Shown here in pieces: positions 1-9,844 of a stretch of DNA of 35,651 nucleotides. How positions within the stretch are numbered: position 1 is the first letter of the stretch; the number at the start of each line of letters is the position of its first letter. The stretch spans positions 1-35,651 of the forward strand of contig PWNM01000038.1 of the NCBI GenBank assembly GCA_003557825.1. Direction: 5' to 3'. The notes below the pieces were generated by a model. The model ran no database searches. It had not been told where the DNA came from and was given only the letters and a program-made list of their open reading frames with translations. The translations under genes were made by a program, and so were the position numbers. The stretch comes from Candidatus Hydrogenedentota bacterium (GTDB lineage: Bacteria; Hydrogenedentota; Hydrogenedentia; Hydrogenedentales; SLHB01).

Positions 1-19
1 GGAAGAGCCGATTTTAGAA
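1..19 (+). repeat. Terminal direct repeat, copy 1 (GGAAGAGCCGATTTTAGAA)
   Basis: Bases 1-19 are identical to bases 35633-35651. Confidence 0.95.
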
Positions 20-25
20 ATAACA

Positions 26-392
26 ATGAGCGAGAAACCGAGTCTGATGGATATCGCAGAACGGGCGGGGGTGAGTATAGTGACCGTCTCGCGGGCGATC
101 CGCGGCGTCGGGCGGGTGAACCCGGCGACGCAGGACCTCCGGGTTGCGGGTCCCGAAAGATCTGTCGGTCATGGCCTATCTGGCGGCGGATATCCCCCAG
201 AAGGCCAAAGAAAGGGTGACGTGTCTCGAGTTGCCCTTTCATTTGGTGGGCAAAATCGTGCCGGAGTTAATCCAAAGACACGTAGCCGACCCGGAATGCG
301 CTACCATCACGATCACCCTCGATACGACCCTCAGCCCGGGCAACACGCTCGGAGAAGTTCCTTCTGTCCTAAAATGTGTAAGAGCTGTATAA
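26..392 (+). pseudogene. LacI-family transcriptional regulator, internally deleted and frameshifted
   Basis: The LacI HTH (SLMDIAERAGVSIVTVSRAIRGVGRVNPAT, 26-133) is joined out of frame to the C-terminal sensor segment GLRVPKDLSVMAY...LELPFHLVGK (141-392). The middle of the protein is missing. Confidence 0.85.
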
Positions 393-434
393 AGTGTCAG
401 AGCTATTGTGATGAGATTGCAACGGTCTATTTTT

Positions 435-440
435 AGGAGG
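435..440 (+). promoter_or_regulatory. Shine-Dalgarno site of the GH29 gene
   Basis: AGGAGG lies 7 nt before the ATG at 448. Confidence 0.8.
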
Positions 441-447
441 TAATATT

Positions 448-1755
448 ATGGAAAAAAACATACAGAATTGGTCAGATTTAAAGTTTGGAATGTTTATCAC
501 TTTTGGACTCTACTCCATTCTTGGTGAAGGTGAATGGGTGATGTTCAATAAGCCCATTGATAAGGATGAGTATTCGATGTTAAAAGAAAGGTTTACTACT
601 GAAAAATTCAATGCAAGCGGGTGGGCAAAAATTGCAAAAGAAGCAGGTATGAAATATATGGTGTTTACTGCAAGGCACCATGACGGTTTTTCTCTTTTCG
701 ATAGTAAAGCTAGTGTCGGCGATTTCACCAGTATGAATTGTGCTGCAAGGAGAGATTTTGTAGCTGAATTCACTAAAGCTTGCAGAGAAGCAGGTCTAGC
801 TGTAGGGTTATACTACTCTCCAATGGACTGGCGCTTTCCTGGCTATTTTTTGCCCCGAATGTATATGAAAAGTGCTTTGCAGATGAAAGAACAGTGCCAT
901 GAACAATTGAGGGAGCTTTTAACCAATTACGGAAAAATAGATATATTATGGTTTGATGGCGGAGATGACTATTGGCTTTGCCATGGTCATAATCTACACA
1001 ATAATTTGAATACAAGACCAGCAAACTTCAGAGAGAACCCCCAGATATCAAATTTTTGGGAAGCTGATAAATTAGACAAGATGGCAAGAGAGCTTCAACC
1101 AGGGATTGTTATCAATAACAGGTCTGGTCAGCGCCAGTATGGAGACTTTCTAACGCCAGAGCGTAAAATTGGTGAATGGAATCCAAATACACCTTGGGAG
1201 ACATGTGATGTATTAGCAGGAAGTTGGGGGTGGGTTCCCGATGCTGTTATGCGATCACTAAGAGATTGTATTCATTTAATAATAAAAATTGTGACTGGTG
1301 GAGGCAACTTGCTATTAAATGTTGGTCCTAGATCCGACGGAACAATTGAGGAACGTCAGGTCTTAAGGTTAAAGGAGATCGGAGATTGGCTTCGTAAATA
1401 TGGAGAAAGTGTCTATGATACGAAAGGAGGACCTCTTTTAAATGGGTCATGGGGCGGCACAACATGGAAGGAGAACAAGCTTTATATACATGTTATTGAC
1501 TGGCAGGAAAATGAAATAATTATACCTAATTTAAGCTCAAAAATAGTTGAAATATCAACACTTACCGCATCTGATTTGTTTGTGGAAAAGCAAGCCAATA
1601 TCATTAGACTAAATGTACCGGAAGAAGATAAATTGGCATTAGACACTATTATAGTTATAGAATATGAATTGAATGTCGACAAAGTGTTTGAAGATTTTGA
1701 TGCGAATTCGTTTCTTCAAACAAGGCACCTAGAATCTGATGCGTTAATAGTATGA
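448..1755 (+). CDS. Alpha-L-fucosidase, GH29 (no signal peptide)
   Basis: Motifs KFGMFITFG, AKEAGMKYMVFTARHHDGF, GLYYSPMDW, ILWFDG (nucleophile) and GGNLLLNVGP. Visibly AT-rich. Confidence 0.93.
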   Translation: MEKNIQNWSDLKFGMFITFGLYSILGEGEWVMFNKPIDKDEYSMLKERFTTEKFNASGWAKIAKEAGMKYMVFTARHHDGFSLFDSKASVGDFTSMNCAARRDFVAEFTKACREAGLAVGLYYSPMDWRFPGYFLPRMYMKSALQMKEQCHEQLRELLTNYGKIDILWFDGGDDYWLCHGHNLHNNLNTRPANFRENPQISNFWEADKLDKMARELQPGIVINNRSGQRQYGDFLTPERKIGEWNPNTPWETCDVLAGSWGWVPDAVMRSLRDCIHLIIKIVTGGGNLLLNVGPRSDGTIEERQVLRLKEIGDWLRKYGESVYDTKGGPLLNGSWGGTTWKENKLYIHVIDWQENEIIIPNLSSKIVEISTLTASDLFVEKQANIIRLNVPEEDKLALDTIIVIEYELNVDKVFEDFDANSFLQTRHLESDALIV

Positions 1756-1802
1756 TGGGTCACTTTGCACTGTAGACGGCGGCGGCGGCGCGCATACCGT
1801 CG

Positions 1803-1968
1803 CCTAGGAAGGCTCAAGGCGTTTCTCCCAGAATCATCGTCGGAATCATATCATCGGCATGCTGAGCGAGGGGAGGCTGACGATGATGGGGCTGGTGAAA
1901 CCGGGGAGAAGATGGCGGAAAATGATGCGCCCGTGGTTGGCGCCGAGGAGACGGGCGGAGCCGGCGTA
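1803..1968 (-). pseudogene. Remnant of a peptide ABC transporter permease (OppC/DppC-like)
   Basis: The minus strand reads YAGSARLLGANHGRIIFRHLLPGFTSPIIVSL and then, across frameshifts, MILGET(A)LSFLG. This matches the EAA-loop region of DppC permeases. Confidence 0.75.
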
Positions 1969-2006
1969 ATGTTCGTAAGCGTCCGCATGTCTCCCCCGCA
2001 CCGTTG

Positions 2007-4673
2007 TTATTTTGTGTCAATTCTTACCACTGTAATACTGTTCCAGTCATTTTCAGTATTACCGCCTCCGACGATACGCACATATCTGGCAACTGCTTCA
2101 TCAAAATGATGCTTTTCTAATTGTATCGTCTTACCACTACTCTGTCCACTGTATACTTTGTTCCAATTTTCTCTATCAGTGGACACTTCAATATCAAACA
2201 TTGAGGCCCTTCTGTCTCCTGAATGCCACGCAATCGATACTGAGCCAATCGTCCTTTCTTCATGCAAATCATATTCTATCCATTGCCCCACCCCTTGCGC
2301 TGACCATCGGGTATTCAAATCAAAATCAAGAGTATTTCCCGGTTTATGCTCAGCTTCCGGCACAGCACTCGCTCTTACACCCATGTTAACTGTAGGTCTT
2401 AAATTCACAAGGTATTGACTGATAAGACTTCTATCTTGTTTGTCTGCTACATTGATTATCGCTGTACCCGGCAACTCTGTTGCTTGTATGATTGTTATAT
2501 CATAATTCCCTTGCGCATCCACCTGTGGAATACTGCCGTCCTCAGGCAATACACTAATATTATACTCAAATTCATCACGCTGAAAATTCCCAATTTCCCG
2601 GCCATCAATGGTAATACGATCCAGCATGGGCATAACCAAATCACCATCCGGAATATACCAATCATCCAGTGAACTTACTTCAGGCAATGGGTATTCTGCT
2701 GATTCACCTTCAAGCAAAGGCATAAACATAACTGACAATGTGACTTCCTCCATGCCATGAAAATAAATCTTCAGTTTTCTAATGCCCTCATTACTGTCCG
2801 CCTCCGGCGGATCCGGTGAGGATGGCATGGGTTTTGCGTCTACAACCTCAAAGGCGGCATCGGACGGCAACAATATCCGCGCCAGTAATTCCTTGCCGTT
2901 TTGCTTTAGCCTAGCGGATTTTCCTTCGGAATGTATTTGCACATCGGCCCGGGTATGGGCAAACCAAAATAATTCTGCCGGACCTTCAGTTCTTATTTCA
3001 TCTTGCACAATTACATGCCTTCGATTACCACCTAACATTACTCCTCTTATTACTTCAGTGGCACCGTGAGATGCGTAGGCGGGTGTCATATCAACAATAG
3101 AGAATGCTCCGCGGGGCTTTGATTCAAATTTCACTAGTTCACTAAAGGCAAAAGGATCCTGATCAGGACCAAATCCGGGATTAATAACCAGTGTGTTATT
3201 ACCCTCTGCTCTCATCCGATAATAGGTCCATCTTTGTCCATGGAGACTATAATCCCAGTATCCGGGGACACTATAATCTTCCGGACCCAACTGTGTAATC
3301 CAACGCTCTCCAAGAGCATCCACTACAAAAGTGCCCGTGTTCAGATTCCCGTGAACCTCATTATTATATCCACCCTTAAAACCTACATAAATCTCATTTG
3401 AAAAATCCCAACGACTCCGCATACCAACGGATTCTGTTGGCCCAAAAGATCTGTCAAGAGGGAGATCAATGCGAGATTCAATCCCCTCCGGTCTATACCA
3501 TAAAAGATCCCGTATGCCCCCCCTCTCTCCGATAATAGATAGACGAATATTTGCTAACTCCGGAGATTGATATTTGCCAGCAAACCAGAATAACTCTGCA
3601 GAAATATTGCCAGAAACACTACCTTGGTGACCATTTCCCCAATTAAAAAAACCCATGGGTCCTGTCATATAAACCGGGAAAAAGCCTGCTGTGGAAAGAC
3701 CCGGTGCATCCCCAATACCATAGTCCGTGCCCAAAGCTGTATCCAAAGAACCTACATACTCTACCATAGACTGTGCTGCGAAGAACCAATACATCGGGCC
3801 TTCCCTGCCTGCACCCTCGGGCGCCCACTCAGGCAGAAAATTCTCCAATGACCTCAATGCGGATTCTAAAATTTCACCAGCCATTTCCTCATGTTGCGCC
3901 TCGTCACCGATTGCAAGAGCCATCATAGACAACCCTCCGTTAACGGTTACGTTCCAGTTGTTTCGACCTCTAATCCAATGACTATTTTGATATTTGTAGC
4001 CATCTGGATTGCGATAGGCAGATAAACCGGGCGCTAAACCCTTTTCTATGGCTGCATTACGTATAATATCTCTTTGCTCCTCACTCCAGTAATCATAGAA
4101 CCAATCATATCCAATAGCAAAAGCCTTTAATATATATCCTGTGGTCAACATTTGTCGCTCTGCCTCCCAGTGGTCAAACCCCGCGACAGTCTCTAACTCA
4201 TCCCATGCTCTTTGTGCATATTTTTCTTCGCCTGTCAGTTGGAACATCATGCCAAGGTTAAGCATTCTGCCTAAAACCAGTGATCTTAAATGATTTCCCA
4301 TTTCTGTCGGAACGTCAGCATATAAAATGGCATCCGTGTTATTTTTAACATTGTTATACCATCTGCCTGCATAGAGATCTGTCGCAACCATACTCTTAAT
4401 ATAGTCAAACGTTTCAGGTGTTGCCAGTATACGTGGGTGACGGTTTTGTGGATTTCGCGCTTTCAAATCATTAATGATTTGTTGCGCACCAGGTCTCTCA
4501 TATATTGTCGAATGATTAACTTCGTGGATCTCATTTTCAGGGTCTGCCTCTTGCGCCTTCGCAGTCACTATGTTGTCACGCAAAATCAATGAAAATCCTG
4601 CAAACAGGCATAGGACAAATAATGACGCAAAAGAAAATTTCCTCAGATTAATCACTTTACATGCCTCTTTCAT
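2007..4673 (-). CDS. Secreted heparinase II/III-family polysaccharide lyase with C-terminal F5/8-type C (CBM32-like) domain
   Basis: N-terminal signal peptide, HPRIL, NNWNVTVNGGL, EGPMYW, GFKGG..VHG, RAEGNNTL and the discoidin motifs NTLD..TRWSA and ARYVRIVG.GNTENDWNSI. Confidence 0.88.
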   Translation of the reverse strand: MKEACKVINLRKFSFASLFVLCLFAGFSLILRDNIVTAKAQEADPENEIHEVNHSTIYERPGAQQIINDLKARNPQNRHPRILATPETFDYIKSMVATDLYAGRWYNNVKNNTDAILYADVPTEMGNHLRSLVLGRMLNLGMMFQLTGEEKYAQRAWDELETVAGFDHWEAERQMLTTGYILKAFAIGYDWFYDYWSEEQRDIIRNAAIEKGLAPGLSAYRNPDGYKYQNSHWIRGRNNWNVTVNGGLSMMALAIGDEAQHEEMAGEILESALRSLENFLPEWAPEGAGREGPMYWFFAAQSMVEYVGSLDTALGTDYGIGDAPGLSTAGFFPVYMTGPMGFFNWGNGHQGSVSGNISAELFWFAGKYQSPELANIRLSIIGERGGIRDLLWYRPEGIESRIDLPLDRSFGPTESVGMRSRWDFSNEIYVGFKGGYNNEVHGNLNTGTFVVDALGERWITQLGPEDYSVPGYWDYSLHGQRWTYYRMRAEGNNTLVINPGFGPDQDPFAFSELVKFESKPRGAFSIVDMTPAYASHGATEVIRGVMLGGNRRHVIVQDEIRTEGPAELFWFAHTRADVQIHSEGKSARLKQNGKELLARILLPSDAAFEVVDAKPMPSSPDPPEADSNEGIRKLKIYFHGMEEVTLSVMFMPLLEGESAEYPLPEVSSLDDWYIPDGDLVMPMLDRITIDGREIGNFQRDEFEYNISVLPEDGSIPQVDAQGNYDITIIQATELPGTAIINVADKQDRSLISQYLVNLRPTVNMGVRASAVPEAEHKPGNTLDFDLNTRWSAQGVGQWIEYDLHEERTIGSVSIAWHSGDRRASMFDIEVSTDRENWNKVYSGQSSGKTIQLEKHHFDEAVARYVRIVGGGNTENDWNSITVVRIDTK
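2394..4510 (+). repeat. Lyase core duplication, copy 1 (homologous to 7542-9657)
   Basis: Long identical DNA runs are shared with 7542-9657, e.g. 4073-4166 vs 9218-9311. Confidence 0.95.
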
Positions 4674-4706
4674 ATTTTACTTTTCGGTTAAACTGTTTCC
4701 ATGTAT

Positions 4707-4889
4707 TTAAATGGATGCTGTCATACTTAATTGCGATCCGCCGTCACTCCCCGCGTTGCCGGATCCACCGGCGTCGGTGCCTTCACCCTGCACAAGGGAG
4801 AGGCTCAAGATGAACAATGGCAAGGCAAGCATCCCTCTGGTAACACTGCGTACAATACGAAGTCGTTCTTTCCTCGGGTTTATGGCCAT
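4707..4889 (-). pseudogene. Truncated secreted protein (signal peptide plus start of a beta-strand-repeat passenger domain)
   Basis: A signal-like leader is followed by GTDAGGSGNAGSDGGS. DNA 4735-4777 matches 14761-14803 (DGSDAGGTGDAASDGGS), then the sequence breaks into AT-rich DNA. Confidence 0.65.
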
Positions 4890-7132
4890 TATTCTCCATG
4901 GCTGAGTGTGATGATCTTTCGGAAGAAAAGGTTTTTATCGGAATCGGGGATCGGAAGAGGAATGCGTTGCGACAGATTGTTGCCTTCAATTTTTTGGAAT
5001 CCATGCAAAGGCTGCCAATCCTGATCATAGAGGTTATCGGTTGATTGGATCTCGTAATACCTGGTTTGGTCATGATACCCGGGACCAAAAGCGGCAATGG
5101 CGAAAAACCTTGCCTCAAGTTCTCCTGTATCCGGACAAATTCCTATGTGAAGAGCTACGGGATCCGGTTCCTCGGCGGTAAACGGATTGGTGCCGGCGAT
5201 GTATTCAGCTAAATTGGACCGGCCACTTTGATTGACGTCTTCCAGAGGGTCCTGACCCGTCTGGCCAAACCAATACATTTCCCATGCATCGGGCAATCCG
5301 TTGCCATCCCGGTCCAACACGGGGATTGAAGAGAAAAATCCGACTTGAGTAATGCTGTTCCAATCACTCTCGGTGTTGCCATGGCCAATAATCCGGACGA
5401 AGCGAACGTCGTCCATAGGCTCAAAGTGGAAAAATTCGGGATCAATCGTATATCCCGAAGAACTATGGTTCTCAAAAACTGAATCCCATCTCTCCCCGTC
5501 GCGGGAGACGTCCAAGCTAAACTCGGCCTGCCGGGTGTCACCGAGGTAAAATGCCATTGCGACAGTATCGACAGAAGCGGGTGTCTCCAGCTCGAACTGG
5601 ATCCACTCTCCATCTCCAAAGGCAGACCATCGGGAGTCCAAATCTCCATCAAGGGTGTTTTCCGGGATGTTCGGTATCTGGGCAGAACTTGCGCTTACCG
5701 AAACGACATTCCGTTTTTCGGCAACAGTTACGTTCATCGAATTTTCGTAGGCCATGCCGTCATCCATGCGGAGTTGCAGCGTGATGGAGTGCCTGCCTTG
5801 TGGAAGGATAAGCTGAGGGGTCATGCCCTCGCCAAGAAAGACGTTGCCCGTCCACCATGATGCTCCCTCAATTCTCCCCACTCTGACGGGCGATTGCCAT
5901 GCGTTCAAACGTAAGAAAAATTGCGTTGAACCGGGTTCCTTAACGACAAATCGGTCAGGTCCGGCGAAGGGATACACCGGTGCGGGTCCTCCTATTAGCT
6001 TCAGAATTTCCGTCCCGGCGAGCAGGAAGGCACCTACACCAAAATCATGTGTTTCATCCGCCCCGGCCGGTTGTGGATCCAGCCCAACGTTCTGCACAAA
6101 CCCGACGCGGCCACCGGGCTTAAGTGCATCCCGGGTCAATCCCAGCCATGCGGCTTCGAGGACAGGATAAAAGAGATCTTGCGAAAGAAAACCATGTCGG
6201 ATTCCCCATGCGATCCCAGCGGTGAAAAAGGCGGTTCCGCTGGTTTCCGGCCCCGGAAAGTGACTGGGATCGAGCAGATTGGAACGCCAGAATCCATCCG
6301 CTTGCTGGAGCGGAACCAAAGCGTGGGCCATTTTTATGAAATTGCCGATATACTCCTCCCGATCCGGATGGTCGGCCGGCATCTCATCGAGTACGCGTGC
6401 GTGCCCCGCGAACACCCAACCATTGCCGCGGGACCAAAACACCGGCTCACCGTTGGGGCTTAGGCGCAGCTCCGGAAACTGACTTTCATCCCGGAACCAT
6501 AACCCGTGTGTTTCACAGAAAAGATTGCGGGTGATCTTCATGTAATCGTACATTCGCCTCAGATGATTTCGGTAAATTTCGCTCTCCTGTAAATTGGCGA
6601 CCTGTGCGATCATCGGCGCTGCCATGAAATATGCGTCAATCCACCACCAGTCATCCACCGAGTTGTTTGGGTCGGTGCCGCCTGGATCATCCCATGGGAC
6701 GTTGTTGATAAGGTCGTTCATTCGCTCTATAGCTGCAGCCACTTTGTGCGGTGATGGATTCCGCCGGTACAGGTCTATATAGGTCTGATGCGCCAGAAGC
6801 GCATCCGCATGCAACGGGTGCCGCCATCGGTTGTTCCATATACCGCTGCTCCAGTTATTATGAATGGACCATTCCAGTGAATGGTTCCAATAACGTTCCT
6901 CGGCAAGCAACTTCGCGGCTTCCGTGTTGCCGGTGAAATACGTTGCTCGATCCCACCACCATGGATAAGTCAGCTCCCTGTAATCAAAGTACTCAATGAA
7001 ATAGTCATTTGCAGAGCGGATTTTCCTCTCGATCTCTATCGGATCGAAGTCGAACAGAACGGAACCCGACAAGCTACCGCATGCAAACAGATAAAGGAGC
7101 ACACGGTTAATCTTCGCTATCCGTTGTTTCAT
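4889..7132 (-). CDS. GH105/GH88-family unsaturated glycuronyl hydrolase with PKD-like, CBM32-like and acidic C-terminal domains
   Basis: Motifs WWWIDAYFMA, FWSRGNGW, GPETSGTAFF and DFGVGAFLLA; a discoidin domain; DRDGNGLPDAWE and SNLAEYIAGTNP in the tail. Start placed at MKQRIAK (signal peptide follows). Confidence 0.88.
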   Translation of the reverse strand: MKQRIAKINRVLLYLFACGSLSGSVLFDFDPIEIERKIRSANDYFIEYFDYRELTYPWWWDRATYFTGNTEAAKLLAEERYWNHSLEWSIHNNWSSGIWNNRWRHPLHADALLAHQTYIDLYRRNPSPHKVAAAIERMNDLINNVPWDDPGGTDPNNSVDDWWWIDAYFMAAPMIAQVANLQESEIYRNHLRRMYDYMKITRNLFCETHGLWFRDESQFPELRLSPNGEPVFWSRGNGWVFAGHARVLDEMPADHPDREEYIGNFIKMAHALVPLQQADGFWRSNLLDPSHFPGPETSGTAFFTAGIAWGIRHGFLSQDLFYPVLEAAWLGLTRDALKPGGRVGFVQNVGLDPQPAGADETHDFGVGAFLLAGTEILKLIGGPAPVYPFAGPDRFVVKEPGSTQFFLRLNAWQSPVRVGRIEGASWWTGNVFLGEGMTPQLILPQGRHSITLQLRMDDGMAYENSMNVTVAEKRNVVSVSASSAQIPNIPENTLDGDLDSRWSAFGDGEWIQFELETPASVDTVAMAFYLGDTRQAEFSLDVSRDGERWDSVFENHSSSGYTIDPEFFHFEPMDDVRFVRIIGHGNTESDWNSITQVGFFSSIPVLDRDGNGLPDAWEMYWFGQTGQDPLEDVNQSGRSNLAEYIAGTNPFTAEEPDPVALHIGICPDTGELEARFFAIAAFGPGYHDQTRYYEIQSTDNLYDQDWQPLHGFQKIEGNNLSQRIPLPIPDSDKNLFFRKIITLSHGE

Positions 7133-9809
7133 CGGTGCCAATAAGTGGAGACTCATAAAGGGGCAGGTAAAAAGTTCCAAATTGGGTTTGAGAAAACGGC
7201 AACCGCCCGCCACGGACTTCAATACCATCTTCTCTGGAAATCAGGTTATTATCGAACAGTTGCAGTGGAGCCCAATCCTTCAAATTCGAAGAGCGCAGAA
7301 TACTGAACTCAACATCCGGAACCCCGGCACGAATTCGATAGCGATAGTGCAGAAGGTTGTCAACCACTATGATTTCGAATGGCCGGACAGAAGCCGGCAC
7401 AAGCGGGTTTGAGCCAATAGCATATTCAACGAAGTTGGAAAGTCCGTCACGATCCGGATCCGCATGCATGCCGGAAATCGAGGGGTCTGCCAATTGTTCA
7501 TCGCTGAAGTAGAGTCTTTGCCAATCCCGGAAGTCGAAATCAGGTTTGAAATGTACAAGGTACTGGCTAGTGAAACTTGCATCATCACTGTTGACTACAT
7601 TGATTATTGCCGTGCCCGGCACCTCTGTTGCTTGTATTATCGCAATATCGTGATATCCTTGCGCATCCACTTGCGGAATGTGGCCGTCTCCCGGTAGCAC
7701 ATTAATGGTGTACTCAAATCTGTTCCGCTGAAAATTATGAATTTCATTACCATCGATCGTGATACTATCCAGCATGGGTATTAAATCACCATCCGGAATA
7801 TACCAATCATTCAGCGCACTTACTTCAGGTAATACAATTTCTCCCGGTTCATCATCAACCAAAGGCACAAACATAACGGACAATGTGACATCCTCTATCC
7901 CGGATAAATTAATTTGAAGTTTTCTAAACTCCTCATTCCTGTTCGCCTGAGGCGGATTGGGCGAGGATGGCAAAGGTCTCGCGTCGACAACTTCAAAGGC
8001 GGCATCCGCCGGCGACAATATTTGCGCCAGCAACTCCTTGCCATTTTTCATTAGTGTCGCGGACCTCGCGTCGAAATGTATTTCCACATCAGCCCGGGTA
8101 TGGACAAACCAAAATAATTCTGAGGGATTTTCAGTTCTTATTTCATCTTGCACAATTACATGTCTTCTATAATCCCCTAGCATAACTCCTCTTTTTACAT
8201 CAGTGGCACCGCGGGATGCATAGGCAGGGGTCATATCAACTATAGAAAATGCTCCGCGAGGCTTCGCTTCAAATTTTACGATTTCACTAAAGGCGAAAGG
8301 ATGTTGATCCGGACCAAATCCGGGATTGATAACCAGTGTATTATTACCCTCCGCTCTCATACGATAATAAGTCCATCTTTGTCCAGCCAGACTATAATCC
8401 CAGTAACCGGGGACACTATAATCTTCCGGACCCAACTGAGTAATCCAACGCTCTCCAAGAGCATCCAAAACAAAAGTGCCTGTGCTAAGACTTCCGTGAA
8501 CCTCATTATTATATCCACCTTTAAAACCTACATAAACCTCATTTGAAAAGTCCCAACGACTCCGCATGCCTACAGACTCCGTTTGTCCGAATTGTCCGTC
8601 AAGAGGTAGATCAATGCGAGATTCAAGCCCCTCCGGTCTATACCATAAAAGATCCCGTATGCCCCCGCTCTCTCCAATGACGAATAGACGAATATTTGCT
8701 AACTCCGGCGTATCATATCTGCCAGCAAACCAGAATAATTCTGCAGGAATATTGCGAGAAAGATTACCTTGGTGACCATTGCCCCAATTGAAAAAACCCT
8801 CTGATCCTGACATATAAACCGGGAAAAAGCCTGTCGTGGAAAGACCTGTTGTATTCCCAATACCGTAATCCGTGCCCAAAGCTGTATCCAATGAACCCAT
8901 ATACTCAACCAAAGACTGTGCTGCAAAATACCAATAAGACGGGCCTTCCCTGCCTGCACCGTCGGGGGCATACTCTGGCAAAAAATTCTCCAATGACCTC
9001 AGTGCGGATTCTAAAATTTCACCAGCCATTTCCTCATGTTGCGCCTCGTCACCGATTGCGAGAGCCATCATGGATAACCCTCCGTTAACGGTTACGTTCC
9101 AGTTGTTATTACCTAGAACCCAGTGACTATTTTGATATTGATAGCCACCTGGATTGCGATAGGCAATTAAACCAGGTGTTAAACCTTTTTCTATAGCTGC
9201 ACTACGTATAATCTCTTTTTGCTCCTCACTCCAGTAATCATAGAACCAATCATATCCAATAGCAAAAGCCTTTAATATATATCCTGTGGTCAACATTTGT
9301 CGCTCTGCCTCCCAGTGCTCAAACCCCGCGACAGCCTCTAACTCATCCCATGCTCTTTGTGCATATTTTTCCTCGCCTGTCATCTGGTACATCATACCCA
9401 GGTTAAGGATTCTGTTTAAAACCAGTGATCTTAAATGATCTCCCGATTCTGCTGGAACGTCAGCATTTAATGTGGAATCCGCGCTATTTTTAACATTATT
9501 ATACCAGCTGGCGGCATAAGGATCCGTTGCAACCATACTTTGAATATAGTCAAATGTTTCAGCTGTTGCCAGTATACGCGGATGACGATTTTGCGGATTT
9601 TTTTCTTTTAAATCATCAATAATTTGTTGCGCACTCGGTCTCTCATAAATGTCCGAACTAGTCGCATATTCGACCATGTTGGTGGCCGAACCCGCAGCCT
9701 GCAGTTCCCAGCCAGTTGGCTCTGGATCGAAGGTTTGAGGATTGACAGTATCCGCCGAAACAATCAGCGGGAAGAGCCAGAGCAATGCATAAATGATGTT
9801 CGTTTTCAT
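7107..9809 (-). CDS. Heparinase II/III-family lyase paralog with a different signal peptide and a verrucomicrobial-type C-terminal domain
   Basis: Core nearly identical to 2007-4673. Start MKTNIIYALLWLFPLIVSA; tail DWQRLYF..ADPDRDGLSNFVEYAIGSNP. Confidence 0.88.
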   Translation of the reverse strand: MKTNIIYALLWLFPLIVSADTVNPQTFDPEPTGWELQAAGSATNMVEYATSSDIYERPSAQQIIDDLKEKNPQNRHPRILATAETFDYIQSMVATDPYAASWYNNVKNSADSTLNADVPAESGDHLRSLVLNRILNLGMMYQMTGEEKYAQRAWDELEAVAGFEHWEAERQMLTTGYILKAFAIGYDWFYDYWSEEQKEIIRSAAIEKGLTPGLIAYRNPGGYQYQNSHWVLGNNNWNVTVNGGLSMMALAIGDEAQHEEMAGEILESALRSLENFLPEYAPDGAGREGPSYWYFAAQSLVEYMGSLDTALGTDYGIGNTTGLSTTGFFPVYMSGSEGFFNWGNGHQGNLSRNIPAELFWFAGRYDTPELANIRLFVIGESGGIRDLLWYRPEGLESRIDLPLDGQFGQTESVGMRSRWDFSNEVYVGFKGGYNNEVHGSLSTGTFVLDALGERWITQLGPEDYSVPGYWDYSLAGQRWTYYRMRAEGNNTLVINPGFGPDQHPFAFSEIVKFEAKPRGAFSIVDMTPAYASRGATDVKRGVMLGDYRRHVIVQDEIRTENPSELFWFVHTRADVEIHFDARSATLMKNGKELLAQILSPADAAFEVVDARPLPSSPNPPQANRNEEFRKLQINLSGIEDVTLSVMFVPLVDDEPGEIVLPEVSALNDWYIPDGDLIPMLDSITIDGNEIHNFQRNRFEYTINVLPGDGHIPQVDAQGYHDIAIIQATEVPGTAIINVVNSDDASFTSQYLVHFKPDFDFRDWQRLYFSDEQLADPSISGMHADPDRDGLSNFVEYAIGSNPLVPASVRPFEIIVVDNLLHYRYRIRAGVPDVEFSILRSSNLKDWAPLQLFDNNLISREDGIEVRGGRLPFSQTQFGTFYLPLYESPLIGTDETTDSED
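7542..9657 (+). repeat. Lyase core duplication, copy 2
   Basis: Homologous to 2394-4510 in the same orientation. Confidence 0.95.
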
Positions 9810-9844
9810 GTTGGTTGGATATCTATTGTTTATTCGACAGATTA

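Noticed and set aside
26-436. 136 aa ORF as an intact regulator
   Set aside because: Only the first 36 aa are LacI-like; the true continuation is in another frame.
2020-5705. The two CBM32-like domains as a recent duplication
   Set aside because: Protein motifs are shared but the DNA is diverged and differs in composition; family-level similarity only.
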